Shown here: in pieces, positions 11,901 through 24,500 of the stretch
How positions within the stretch are numbered: the stretch's first letter is position 1
Layout of the letters: every line of letters begins with the position of its first letter
NCBI RefSeq assembly: GCF_006345805.1
Contig: NC_042997.1
Location: 24,862,001-24,926,000, forward strand
From: Octopus sinensis
Taxonomy: Eukaryota
Length of the DNA: 64,000 nucleotides
Direction of reading: 5' to 3'
Notes under the pieces: generated by a model
The model's database searches: none
Seen by the model: only the letters and a program-made list of their open reading frames with translations
What the model was told of the DNA's origin: nothing
Translations under genes and position numbers: made by a program

Positions 11901-12514
11901 GTGTGTTTTCTTTTAATCGAATGAGCCGACTGTCGAATGTTAAAAAAATGGCTGACATGCGTTATACATATAGACTTTTGCTTGGACTTTTTACATTCGT
12001 TAAATTCCTCCTTAATGATGTTAGTATTGTCCTAGCAAATAAACAAAATGCCATGTATAAAATTCCCATAAATCTGATGAGATATATACGTAAATGAACA
12101 TTTTCAGAAAATCTTGTACATTTTTATTATTCCACTTACTAAATGGAATCTACAAAATCTGTGTTTGTTCATCGCATATAAAAAAAACAATTTATCTTGA
12201 CAATAACTAACACAACAATAAGCCCATGCTTGACAGTTATTTTGCAACAAGTGTAGATGTATAATTCGAACAAAGAAAGCATAGATTCCGAGGTGTATAT
12301 CCTTTAATTAGACTTTGTCTCTGATATTTGGGATATAATATAAAAGAATAGAATATAAAATCATATATATATATATAAATTCAGTGTGTTGCGTTCCATT
12401 ACATAATATATTTAGATTTTTTAAAATTTATTATATGTGTGTGTATCTGTGGATGTATGTATGTCTATGTGTGTGTGCGCATGTGTATACATACGTGTGT
12501 ACGTAAATGTATTT

Positions 12515-12521
12515 AGGCGCA

Positions 12522-12554
<33 letters not shown>

Positions 12555-13010
12555 TGTGGTAAGAACTTTGCTTCTCAATTACACATGATTTCTGGTTCAA
12601 TCCCATTGCGGCAATCGCACTTGGGCAAGTGCTTACTACTTTCTGTAGGCTCGGGTCGACCAATCCCTTGTGAATGAATGTAGTAAATTAAAATAAGCCC
12701 GCCGTATGTATGTATGTATGTATGTATGTATGTATGTATGTATGTATGTATGTATGTATGTATGTATGTATGTATGTATGTATGTTTGTATGTATGTATG
12801 TATGTATGTATGTATGTACGTATGTATATGCGTGCGTGCACGAGTGTGTGCGCACGCGTATATCTGTCTCCCTACCGCCACTTGAGAAACGGTGTTTGTT
12901 TACATATCCGTAAGTTTGCGGTTCGGCAAGATAGTTCGATAGAATAAGCATTAGGCATAAAATATATAAGTTCTGGCGTCGATTCGTTTCATTAAAATAC
13001 CTCGAGGCTG
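12515..13010 (+). mobile_element. tRNA-derived SINE, family A, older copy with internal (GCTG)n and (TATG)n
   Basis: Recognisable head, central domain and 3' half similar to 4141-4530. Confidence 0.7.
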
Positions 13011-13929
13011 CCACGCCTGATTTTAAGGAAGATAATCTGATAGCTCTCAGAAGATACCCAAGCTAACACTACTTTGCAAAACAATATGAAGCAGACATAT
13101 AATTGTAACTCTACTGACACAGTTCTGTCTTCTGGTCTGCAAGGCTCTTGTACTCTACCGCAGAGGAACTTGTCTATGAACCCTTTCCAAAAGAAAACCA
13201 CCGACACAATTTTCATTAAGTCACAGTAGGCGAAGGTAAATTAACTCGTTCTCGGAATACGTGTAATAGCTAAATAACCATATTACGAAAGTGTTTATCA
13301 TGTGCCAACACATGCAACCATAATAGAAGCCATGCCAACTATGTACATTAGAAAAATATGAAATTCAATTTGTTTAAGCTACTTTATTAAATAGAAATTC
13401 AGAGCCTTCCTCGTCTTGCAGGCTGGATATATACAACTCATTTTCACATTTTAAACCTATTGACTTCTTGAAGTGGTAGAACTGCGCAATTGTTTAAACA
13501 GACTTTATTTAAAAAATATATTTAGATTGGATATTTAGGAATTGTAGAAATAATATTAATGGTGCATAATATACAAAATATACTAGGATTAATTGTTTTA
13601 AACTGTTCAGTAGCATAATAGTTTATTTCTTTGTTTAACGTATGTGCCCAGCTGGAAAACCAGAGGCTGTGGTTCTACTCCGGGAAAAACCCCTTTATTG
13701 ACGTATTGTGTTAAAAATGACAATTTGCTTCAGACCTACATATACATAGATGGTGGCTGCCCCCTCGTTATCGAGTATGGCCATTGCACGAAGCTTAATC
13801 AATGTTGTTATCGTGTAATGCCTGTGCAAGAAGATTTTTTTAAAGTGAGGAAAGGCTCTGCACTGAGTCAATCCCACTTACTAAGCAACAGCAGCCATAA
13901 TCCGAAAAGAAGACCAAGTCAACATCATC

Positions 13930-14300
13930 GGTAACCACTGAGTCGCAGGTTTTATATCGGAGTTATCCTAATTACCTGGGTTACCTTCTCCTAGAAGGAT
14001 GCCTTAACGAAGGCTAGGAGTCCTTCACTCCTGATGGTTTAACCGCGCGATCGGGTATTCAGTCCGATTATTTCTGTCCCCGCGCATGATACAGCCTTAA
14101 AACATTTATTGGATGGCCGTTGACTCTTATGAGTTCCTCCACCCTTTGACAGGTTTTGTTTTTCATCCCGCAGGGTGACCAATAAACACCCTCCTCACCA
14201 AGCAAGCTTGGTGGGGTTGCCGGTTTAGTCGCCGCCGACCCGACCATGCAACAGGTTGTACTGAGTTACATGTTACCAGTAGCGCTCGAAAGTGACCTGA
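13930..14300 (-). mobile_element. Probable RTE-clade LINE 5' UTR fragment
   Basis: GC-rich structured segment. The minus strand contains AAGGCATCCTTCTAGGAGAAGGTAAC...CTCCGATATAAAACC, resembling the recurrent RTE 5' UTR motif CTAGGAGAAGG...CTCTGA...AAACC. No ORF is retained. Confidence 0.4.
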
Positions 14301-14304
14301 CATA

Positions 14305-15560
14305 CGAGGGGCGTTCAATAAGTAATGCCCCTGACCCACTTCCCATAGCAGTAGAGCAACGACACTTGGCACAGTTATTAGTCTTTTCCTACATAGGAAC
14401 TATCCAGAGTTATGCATTTCTCCCATCGTTTGATACAGCTCTGGAGACCGTTTTTTGTAGAAGACCCCAGCTTGGTCCTCCAACCACGACGTGACTTCAG
14501 AAATCAAGGCTGCATCATCTGGGAAACGCTTTCCTTTCAAAATCAACTTCATGACTGGGAAGAGGTGAAAATCAGAGGGTGCAAGGGGAGGAGCTCATAG
14601 CTGCACGCCTGTGCTTCTGATCTGGCGACACGCGAGTTGTGGACCGGAGCGTTGTCCTGCAGGAGGAGGATGCCTTTGCTGATCTTGCCCCGCCTCTTGA
14701 TTTTGATAGCTTCTCTTAATTTCCTCAAAAGTGAAGGCTCCTGTAATTGTGGTATCCTTTGGCAGGAAATCTGTCATCACTACTCCGTCCAGAAGACTGT
14801 GAGCATAACCTTGTCAGCGGAGGGCTGCACCCTTGCCTTCTTTGGAGGAGGTGAGTCACGGTGATTTCACTGCATTGACTGGGCTTTGGTCTATGGATCA
14901 TAGTGATGGACCCAGGTTTCATCCTGTGTGATCAGTCTTTTGAAAAATTTTGACTCATCTTCTTAACACATCTCCAAATTCATCCTCGAGCACTCAACGC
15001 GTTCTTGCTTCTGGAAAGGTGTGAGCAACCTGGAAATTCATCTGGCAGACACCTTTTGCATATGCAAATGGTCATGAATGATACTTTCCACAGACCCGGT
15101 ACTAATCTTGACCTTATGGGCTATTTGGCGAATAGTTATGTGTTGACCTTCCAAAATGGCAGCCTGAACTTGACGGACAGACGTCTCATCAACGGCAGAA
15201 AGGGGCGACCAGATCTGGGAGCTGTTTCCACAGAGTTCCGACTATGTTTGAATTCACAATGCCAGCGTTTTACAAGGTCATATGATGGGACATCATCACC
15301 ATAAGTTACTTTCATTTCATCAAAAGTCTCCCGTGGTGTGCGTCCTTTCAAATACAAAAACCAGATCACTGCTCGACACTCAACAGGCTCCATTTCACAC
15401 TTGACTCAGTTCAAACACCTGTAAATCAGAAACCACAATTAGTTCAGAGCTGTAATTCACCACTTAATCTATAGAGGTATAAATAAGTGCACATGCAAAA
15501 TTTCAGCTAGATCAAACAACTGCAAGTGGGTCAGAGGCATTACTTATTGAACGCCCCTCG
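14305..15560 (-). mobile_element. Full-length mariner DNA transposon (1256 bp), irritans-like TIRs
   Basis: TIRs CGAGGGGCGTTCAATAAGTAATGCC(C/T)CTGACCCACTT at both ends; TA duplication at 14303-14304 and 15561-15562. Confidence 0.95.
14378..15393 (-). pseudogene. Mariner transposase pseudogene (D,D34D family)
   Basis: MEPVECRAVIWFLYLKG...PRSGRP, LITQDETWVHHYDP, KVMLTVFW, LLQDNAPVHNS, LAPSDFHLFP. Contains stops, frameshifts and a deletion of the HPPYSPD segment. Confidence 0.92.
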
Positions 15561-15916
15561 TAGATATACATAGATACATGCATACATACAAAGTTACATA
15601 TACGTATATACATATTTACATATACACACACGCACACATAAACACATATATATATATATTTATAAGAGATATATCTACATACATATAATATAGGTATGGT
15701 AGATGATTTCAGAAAAAAAATTAGATTCAGATGAATATAGTACTTAAGGTGAGGCACCAGAATTTAGTATGGTATTATCCATACAATTTAAAATAATGTG
15801 ATTATAATCAAAATAAGCAACAAGGATATCCAGAGGTAATGCAGTACGATCGCTTCATGCGACTCCATTTAATTGAATAATATATATATATAAATATATA
15901 TAAATATATATATATC

Positions 15917-16455
15917 TTCCAGAGAAGATTCACAAAGAAGATCGTCTCTTTGCAACAGCTCAGCTACTGGGAAAGGTTGAAACAGCTAAGACTCTACTCT
16001 CTGGAGAGAAGACGGGTGAGGTATGCAGTAATATATGTCTGGAAGATCCTGGAAGGAATTGTGCCAAATTTTGGCATTGTAAGCTACACCAATGCTAGAA
16101 CGGGACGACACTGCATAGTGCCAAAGATCCCAGCAATGACATCACGCTTCAGGACCAGCTTCTGCAACAGCCTGGGTTTCAAGGGCCCACAGCTTTTTAA
16201 TATTCTCCCAAAGAGTCTGAGGAACTTGCACAAAGTAGATGTAGCAGTTTTTAAATCAAAGCTGGACATCTTCCTGTTAAGAGTCCCAGATGAACCTACC
16301 TCACGGCAAGAGGTGCAAATGAGAGTAGCTGTATCAAAGTCCATTCTTCACCAAGTGCCACATATTAGACGAGGTTCGTCGTAATAACAGTGTGGCACAA
16401 AACGGCGGTGCATCAGCATGACCGCAGCTCTGAGCTGAAACTAGAAAAAAAAAAA
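15917..16455 (+). mobile_element. CR1-like LINE 3' fragment with open ORF2 C-terminus (15920-16384), 3' UTR and A tail
   Basis: QRRFTKKI..LSYWERLKQLRLYSLERRRVRY...GPQLFNILP...FKSKLDIFL..VPDEP is a typical CR1 RT C-terminal signature. Ends GCTGAAACTAG(A)11. Confidence 0.85.
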
Positions 16456-16474
16456 TATATATATATAAATATAT

Positions 16475-17182
16475 GCTGCACGAAGAACTAGGACCAGGAA
16501 AGTTTTGTGGTTCAACCCGGCTTTCAATTTGGCCGTAAAGACTAATATAGGTAAGGAATTTTTGAGATTAGTCTCTAAGCATTTTAAGCAGGGTCATAAA
16601 TTCTACAGAATATTTAATAGAAGAACCCTGAAGGTTAGCTATTCTTGTTGCAGAAATTTCGCCTCTTACATTAGCCAACATAATAGGAAGCTAATTGAGA
16701 TTAGACATGGTGCCGAGCCCATTAAGAAATGTAATTTCAAAAACGAAAGCTCCTGTCCGTTAGAAGGGAAATGTCTAGTGAAAGGAGTAGTTTATAGAGC
16801 CAAGGTGCAAGTGGAAGGCTCATCGGAATACAAGACATACACAGGGGCTTCAGAAAATTCATTTAAAACAAGATTTTATTCTCATAAGAATTCTTTTAAA
16901 TACCCAGAGAATAGGAAGAAAACCAGCCTAGCAAAATATGTCTGGGAACTAAAAGAAAAGGAAGCCCCACCTTTCAACGTGACATGGAGCATTCTGGACA
17001 GGGCGGCACCATACAGGCATGGAGCTTACAAATATAATTTCAAGTGCAAGCTTTGCTTATTAGAAAAAATGCACATATTATTCAAAGACAATAATTCTTT
17101 GAATCAAAGAAGTGAGTTAATGAACTTATGTAGGCACGCGGCTAAATTTAAAATGTCGAATATAAATATACCATATGGATAG
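16475..17182 (+). CDS. Penelope-like element (Neptune-type) RT thumb, Cys-rich linker and GIY-YIG endonuclease; 5'-truncated, open frame
   Basis: RKVLWFNP...KTNIGKEFL..KHF...IFNRRTLKVSYSC..N...HN.K, linker CN..N..CPLEGKC, GIY-YIG VVY...YTG, FKTRFYSHK, LCLLEK, LNQRSE..CRH. The frame is open upstream to about 16475. Confidence 0.9.
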   Translation, partial: AARRTRTRKVLWFNPAFNLAVKTNIGKEFLRLVSKHFKQGHKFYRIFNRRTLKVSYSCCRNFASYISQHNRKLIEIRHGAEPIKKCNFKNESSCPLEGKCLVKGVVYRAKVQVEGSSEYKTYTGASENSFKTRFYSHKNSFKYPENRKKTSLAKYVWELKEKEAPPFNVTWSILDRAAPYRHGAYKYNFKCKLCLLEKMHILFKDNNSLNQRSELMNLCRHAAKFKMSNINIPYG

Positions 17183-18199
17183 AGTATATATTTTGTATTT
17201 TGATTTTTGATTTTTGATTTTGACTCTTAAGCGCTACGACGGATCTATAGCAAAGTCTTATTGTTTCTACATATATATTAGGAAAAACCTACAAACTTTG
17301 TTTTCATGTTATTGTATTGCATAGGATTACCTTGATTATTTATATTACCTTGATTATTTATAAATGACCCAAAATAGGATGTTATATTTTATTTTATATG
17401 TCTTTCGTATATATTTTTATTAATGCACCCATTTTTTTAAAAGCAATGTTTTTTTAAAAAAAGCAATGTTGTCAAATTTAGAATGTTTATATAAGTTTGT
17501 GTATAGCAAAGCATATGTATTTGTAAGCATACGTATCTGTGTATGTGTAAGTGAAAGTATGCTTGTGCTTAAGCACGCATACACACGACGGTATGTATAT
17601 GTATCAATTCAAACTTGTGTATGTATACTGGCCTCTATAGATGCCAATAACATCGCTACAAGTTTCCCCCCCCCCTCTTTCGTTCCTTTTTCTCTCTTTC
17701 CCTTTCTTTCGTTCCCCCTCCTTGCTCAGTATATGAGAATTGCTACATAGATGAATTTTAGCTTGCGTGCGAGACGGTTTGCGTGAATATATGTACACAT
17801 GCTTTTATGTGTATAATTTAGATTCATATTCATACGTCTGTATATGTATGTATGGCGTTTACGCGCATCCTTTTGTGTATGTTGATATATATATGTGGAT
17901 TTTAATATAAATATGTATTGCAGTATTTATAACATGTTTAATTTCTATGCATTAATTTGTACTGTCTTCATTAACGGCAATAGGTTTTTTCCTCGGTTTT
18001 TTCCTCGGATTTTATAATTTTTATAATTTTTATAAGTTTTTTTATATATATATACATATATTTTTGACCTTTTTGTTTATCGCTCGAAGATTGACCGTTT
18101 TTTCTAAAGGGCCAATCAAACAAGTCTATTTCTTTTTAAAGGTGTAGCGTTTGTAAGAGTATAGATTGAATTAATATATATGTTCCATTCTAGCAAAAA

Positions 18200-18237
18200 C
18201 TGTCTGATGAACGGCAACGAGAAACTCAGAGTAACAG
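18200..18237 (+). ncRNA. Minimal type I hammerhead ribozyme motif
   Basis: ctgt-CTGATGA-acg(gcaa)cga-GAAA-ct(cag)ag-TA-acag. Stem I ctgt/acag, intact core, GUA cleavage triplet; first stem II pair is an A/A mismatch. Confidence 0.75.
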
Positions 18238-18273
18238 ATTTTGTTGAATTTTCTGCTGCTTAAAATAAAGTAT

Positions 18274-18304
<31 letters not shown>

Positions 18305-18318
18305 TATTATTATTATTA

Positions 18319-18386
<68 letters not shown>

Positions 18387-19639
18387 TTCTTGGGAAAGTC
18401 ATTCTGATAATAATAACTCACGCACTGATTGAATAAATAGCAATACCAAGAAATAGTATCAATGATTTATAAGCACAGTTTTGTAGCAAAGTAAAAAAAA
18501 AGCAAAGCGTGTTTTTTATTGGCGCATGCATGGCAGTGTCCCGCCGCATGACACCACAGGCAAGTATCTTCTGTAATAGATTTGAAGCGACAGTGGCTTT
18601 TAAGTCAATTTGGCAGATGGAAAATTTGCGTAAGTCTGTCGGATATATATATATATGTGTGTGTATGTGTGCATGCACGCGCGTATGTGTGTGTATACAC
18701 ATATATATGTGTATTCATTTATATACATATTTGGGTTGTGTTATGTATATATATTTATATATATATATGTACATGCATGTATATACGTACATATACAAAT
18801 ATACGCGCGCAGATGTGTAGTAGTGTGTGTGTACAAATTAATACGCACACACACATATATATGTACACGTTTCTATGTTTTGTTGCGTATGACTGTCTGT
18901 TGGACAAAGTATGAATAAAATATAAAAAATAAAATTGTTCTTAGTTTCCATAACAACAAATTAAAAAAAAAAAGATATAAAATATAATAACAAAATATAA
19001 AATAAAATAAAATAAAACAGCCTAATAAATAAATATAACGGGGTCAAATTACTTAAAGTAGAAGAATGTTCTTTCTAATTATTCACTTCTCTGAAAATAA
19101 AGAGACGACTGGACTTCTTGTAGTGTGAAATCTGAATTAATGAAGTAATTTACTACGACAATTAAATTAGTCAAATTGATATACCAGTCGCAAGCTTTTA
19201 CTACTCTCTCTCTCTCTTTCTCTCCCTCTCTCTCCTCTCTATTTGTCTCTTTCCTTTTTACAATTGTTCTTTGTATCTTTCTATTTTTTCTCTCCAGCTT
19301 CTTTCTTTCCATCTGATTCACAGTTTTTTTTAAAAATATAGGTGAAACTTAATAATGCTCCGTAGCATTTAGCCTGTCTTTATGTTCTGAGTTCAAATTT
19401 CGCCTGAGACGCTTTAGCCATTCATCCTCTCCGGGTAGATGAAATAAGTCCCCGTTAAACACTGGGGTCGATGTAATCGACTTAACTCCCCCCCCAAATT
19501 GCTGGCCTTGTGCTAAAATTTGAAACTAACACTGTTGAAACTTCAAAATACTCAGCGGCATTTCGTCCGTCTTTACGTTCTGAGTTCAATTTCCGCTGAA
19601 GTCTGCTTTGCATTCCATCCTTTCTGGGTCAATAAAATA

Positions 19640-20050
19640 AATACCTATTTCTTTATTACCCACAAGGTGCTAAACACGGAGAGGACAAACAAGGACAGAC
19701 AAACGGATTAATTCATTTTATATCTACACCAGTGTGTAACTGGTACTTATTTAATCGACCCCGAAAGGATGAAAGGCAAAGTCGACCTTGGCGGAATTTG
19801 AACTCAGAACGTAATGGCAGACGAAATACCTATTTCTTTACTACCCACAAGGAGCTAAACACAGAGGAGACAAACAAGGACAGACAGATGGATTAAGTCG
19901 TTTATAACGACCCCAGTGCGTAACTGGTACTTAATTTATCGACCCCGAAAGGATGAAAGGCAAAGTCGACCTCGGCGGAATTAGAACTCAGAACGTAACA
20001 GCAGACGAAATACCGTTAAGTATTTCACCCAGCGTGCTAATGTTTCTGCC
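19640..20050 (-). mobile_element. SINE family B head-to-tail dimer
   Basis: Two reverse-complement body+tail units (TATTTCTTTA...CCCACAAGG...GACGAAATACC); head at about 20050. Confidence 0.8.
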
Positions 20051-20689
20051 AGCTCGACGCCTTCTGGGTCGATAAAATAAATACCACTTGAATGAACCCT
20101 GGAGCCGTTGTAATTGATTTACCCTTCCCTCAAAATTACTCGCCCTGTGTTAAAATTTGAAGCCAAAATAGGTGAAACTTTGGTTAAAATTATATATTAC
20201 TGTGATGATTATTTTTTAAATATAAGCGCAAAGTTCCCGTTTTCATGATAGTAATAATTCTCTTTACTATTGGCACAAGGCCTGAAATTTTGAAGGAGGG
20301 TGTTGTTCTTGTCAGTTGACTAAAGCACTCAAGTAGTACTTAATTTGTCGAGCTAGTTGGATGAAAGTTAACCTTAGTGACATTGAAACACACAAGGTAA
20401 ATTGATAATTTCTTCAATATTGGCACAGTGTTGAGATGAGGGTTTTAGTTGATACTACCAACTCAAGAGCTTGATTGGAGCGTTATTTATTCAATGATTA
20501 AGAAGAAAGCATTTTATCCGACTCGCTAACGATTCTGCTTCGTCGCTGCCTTTTAATAATCCTTTATACTATAGGCACAGGGCCTTGAATTTGGCGGGGG
20601 GTACTAGTCGAGTATATCGACCCCAGTGTTTCATTGGTACTTAATTTATCGACCATGAAAGGTTTAAAGGCAAAGCATGGTTCCTCTGC

Positions 20690-21007
20690 TTTGTGGCAGA
20701 AGTAGGAAGAAAGAGTGAGAGGAAGTTGTGGTGAAAGAGTAAACATAAATAAAGCAAATACAGAAACAACAACAACAATAGTAACACATACAAGAGCAGC
20801 ATCAGTGGAGGCGCAATGACCCAGTGGTTAGAGCAGCGGACTCGCGGTCGTAAGAACGCGGTTTCGGTTCACCCCCTCCCCACCGGAGCCTCTTGGACCT
20901 TAGGTGTTTTTGCTCAATAAAACCTCACAATGCCCGGTCTGGGAACCGAAACCGCGTTCTTACGACCGCGAGTCCGCTGCTCTAACCACTGGGCCATTGC
21001 ACCTCCA
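20690..21007 (-). mobile_element. SINE family C interrupted by an inverted copy of its own head and flank
   Basis: Homologous to 39430-39720. 20742-20870 is the reverse complement of 20943-21071. Confidence 0.8.
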
Positions 21008-21521
21008 CTGATGCTGCTGTTGTATGTGTTACTATTGTTGTTGTTGTTTCTGTATTTGTTTTATTTATGTTGGTACAGACGCTGTTGAATTTGAACTCAA
21101 AACGTAATGATTCGAAGGAAACACTGCTAAGCATTTTCTCCGACACTCTAAAGATGCTGCTAGCTCGGCGCTTCGATGATGATGATGATGATGATGATAA
21201 AGATGATGTTAACAATAACAGAAGTAGCAGAAGCAGCGGCAACAATAACTACAACAACATTAATAATAACATCAATCAAATAACTAATTAAAAATGATCA
21301 CACCCATCACCACCTCACTACAGTCTACAAATATCACAGCACAAAGACGATAGTGAAATATGAGTGAATAATTAAAATTAAATACCCATCAAGAGTGACG
21401 TTCTTGGAAAAGAAATAAGTAAGTTGAAATGGTTAAATCAGAAGGTGGCACTATACTTTATTACGAAAATTACATAAAAGGATTAAAGATATTGAAATGA
21501 ACTAAGAAGTTAAAAAAAACT

Positions 21522-21582
<61 letters not shown>

Positions 21583-24500
21583 ATCAAATGGTGGTTGTTT
21601 TGTTAGCCTTAGATTTTATTTCTTTAGTATTATTGTGGTCTAGCTATATCGTTTGGGTTTCAGTAAAAATGCCTTGCAAAACATACTGCAACACTTTCCG
21701 TTCTGAGTTCAAAACCCGATGCGGTCAACTTTGCTTTTCATCATACCGCGACTGATAAAATAAAGTAGCAGACGGTTTCTAGGATTGATGGTATAAGCTA
21801 AACCTCATCCAAAATATTTGCTAAATGGGCTTCAGAAACAATAAATGTTATTTTTTATATTCTCACAATGTTTCGCCTTTTACAACTTTAATGCTGTGGT
21901 TATTGTTCTCGATTCCTTCTCTGTTCTGTTATGGTTTTTCTCCAAGCAATTTTAGAAAAATATTTCATCAAAGAAAGATAGTTATGAAATTGAGAGAGTG
22001 AAGGATTGAGGCCCTGTGACGTTCATATTTTTCAACGTCATTTATATCGTAGGCTATAGATATGATTACATCAACCGTAAATCGAAACTGCATACTCGTC
22101 TTTAGATATTTCACTTCTAGCTTTGCAGTGCTCACCATAATATCAGTTAGCCTTTTACCACAAACTTTCACGTATGGAGAACACTATGCTTTGAAGCACC
22201 AGTAATATGTTGAGGTCGAACTTCTCGACCATAGCCTATCTCGAAAATAGTCTATATTTGGAAAATTACCACCATATATAAATGCAAAAAAATTTTGCAT
22301 TTCAAAGTTTTAAATTTGTATTTTGAAGTTTCGTTATTGCTTATTGTGGGTCTACTCAAGGGATTAGCTGCATAATTGAGGTGAAATTATTTTAATAAGT
22401 AACCGATAACATATTACGGAGATTACGCACATAAAGCTGAGGTTTTACACTTTAGATATCGCTAGTGATGTTTCAGTTTTACTCTTTCCGGGGTTACAAG
22501 ATGGCTGCATTAGTAGAATGTCAGGTCAAAAGACTTGTATTTGTTATGTCCCTTTACATGCTGATTACGAATAATGCTGGAAAAAGTTTAAAATTTTTGT
22601 TGTTGTCAGTAAGTCAAGTCAATTGTATCAACTGCACCAATGTCTAAAAATGTATTAATTAGATCTGTAATTAATATTGTAATGTTCGAAGGCTACCTTA
22701 CTTTGACCTATGTCATATGACTCACACTTATCTTAACCGCCCGTAAAAAAGGAAAAACAGAGTCGGATCCGGTTTATATTTCTCCTTATTTTTCTTTAAC
22801 CTGATGATAGATACTAGTATGATATAAAGTCACAGGGGATGTGAAGTCATATTGCATATTCATTTTTTTCATTCTCAATACTTCATTTATTAATTGCGAT
22901 GTAACAACGCGAATGGTGTTCCTCTTGATCACTGTCAGTATGTGTGGGAGTCTGAATCTATTTACATTCATACACACACACAGCCAAACTGAGGGAGTGG
23001 AACGAGGAAAATCCGGCAACATATGTTTCTTAGCGAGGTGATCCTCTGATGTAATAATTATTCAATGAGGGGTGCTCAGCTTCGCTGATCATCAGGTCGA
23101 GAACATCTTAATTACATGAAGATTACATTGTCGCTTAGAATTTGCAAGTTAATGTGAGTTGAAATGAATGCCGAAGCCGGAAGTTTGAGATAAAAAACAA
23201 ATATTTGAAGAAATAAACCGGTGAAGGAGTAAAGAAGAAAAGGATAAGGTCAAATATGTAGGAGTAGGAATTGTATACGCCAGATGAAAGGTAGTGGACT
23301 GGTAAAATCGATAGGGCATTGGTCAAATACCTAACGCCATTCTTAGTTACTACAGTTACTGGAACTGGTTAACTTTCCATAATGTTGTTATTCACAACTT
23401 CACCCATAAAGGGGGAAGAAAATTAAAATTCACAGGTAGCAATAAATTTGACAATTCAGTTGTATAACAATTAGGTGCAGTAGACCTTCAACAATTTAAA
23501 CACCAACAAGATTCAGATGAAGCGAACACCTATCAAATGCAGCAGGGAATCAAATGTCTCGACTACAACACTAACGTCCTCTGAACGAGTAACCAGAAAT
23601 TATTTTTAAATTGAGAACATCTGGAATGAACTCCACTGCTCTCACAAACGAGAATACTAAAAATGAACTCGACCGCTCTCAAAAATTAAGGGGAAAAATT
23701 GGATAAATAATCATTGTTAGGTACAGGATCGAGCCAAAATCTAATCAATTCGTGTTAGTCACGAGGCGAAACATCTCCGAATCCATGCAGCGGTTCTTGA
23801 GATATCTTGTTCACAGACAAACAAACACGAATAGAAACAATATGACAAATCTCCCGAAGAATTCATGTACGCTAGTTCGATTTCCGGTAAAAGCTGTTTT
23901 CGCTTTTGTTACATATTTTCCTCACACAGACACGTACTCACACGTCCCTCAAATATCCCCAATATCACTGATCTCTAAAAAAAATGATTTAGCTGTTTAT
24001 GATACTTATTGACACTTGTTTCTCCTGTTGTTATGGTTTGCAAACAAATTAATAATGCTTGCAGGCGTAAGCCACTATAGAAAGCATTTGAGATAATCCC
24101 GCGTCGTGTGCCTTCTCAATTTCTTCAGTATTTTCCTTGCTTTCGCGACAGTAAGGAAGCCGTTGTTAGAATTTTAAATTACAAAACATCGACGAAAATA
24201 GTTTACCGGAAGGTATTATTTATTCATTGGCGAGAAACATATTCCAAAAAGAAATTTTGAAAATGAAACTTATTTATAGTATTGCAAGTAATAACTGTTG
24301 ATTCAAAATAATATAATTTTTTACAGATGGAGGAAAATCGAATAAACAACAGGATTTGTGAAATTAAAACAAAAAATAATTATTTTTCATTCTTTAAAAT
24401 GTAATTTTCTTGAAAAATATTTTGATTACTAAAAATAAAAAATAATATGAAATAAAAACAAAAGAAATCATTTTTGGTGTTGAGAAAGTGTTATTATTCT

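Larger units (their letters stand above)
16475..18270 (+). mobile_element. 5'-truncated Penelope-like retroelement including AT-rich 3' region and hammerhead-containing terminal repeat
   Basis: The GIY-YIG ORF is followed by about 1 kb of AT-rich sequence, a hammerhead at 18200-18237, and then (TA)n/(TTA)n. Confidence 0.7.

Noticed and set aside
11329-12097. Long ORFs (up to 209 aa) rich in Y/I/C/V/H/T
   Set aside because: Translations of TA/CA/TATG microsatellites; the same applies to most ORFs in the track.
13644-13934. 96-aa ORF with several Cys
   Set aside because: No family signature; it adjoins an RTE-like UTR and is probably chance or TE debris.
13990-14290. HDV-like ribozyme in the RTE-like 5' UTR
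   Set aside because: Only simple hairpins (tcctag/ctagga) could be formed by eye; no nested double pseudoknot was identified.
20805-20870. tRNA-like sequence (also at 32418 and 39650-39720)
   Set aside because: These are SINE heads: they continue into SINE bodies and lack a complete acceptor stem.
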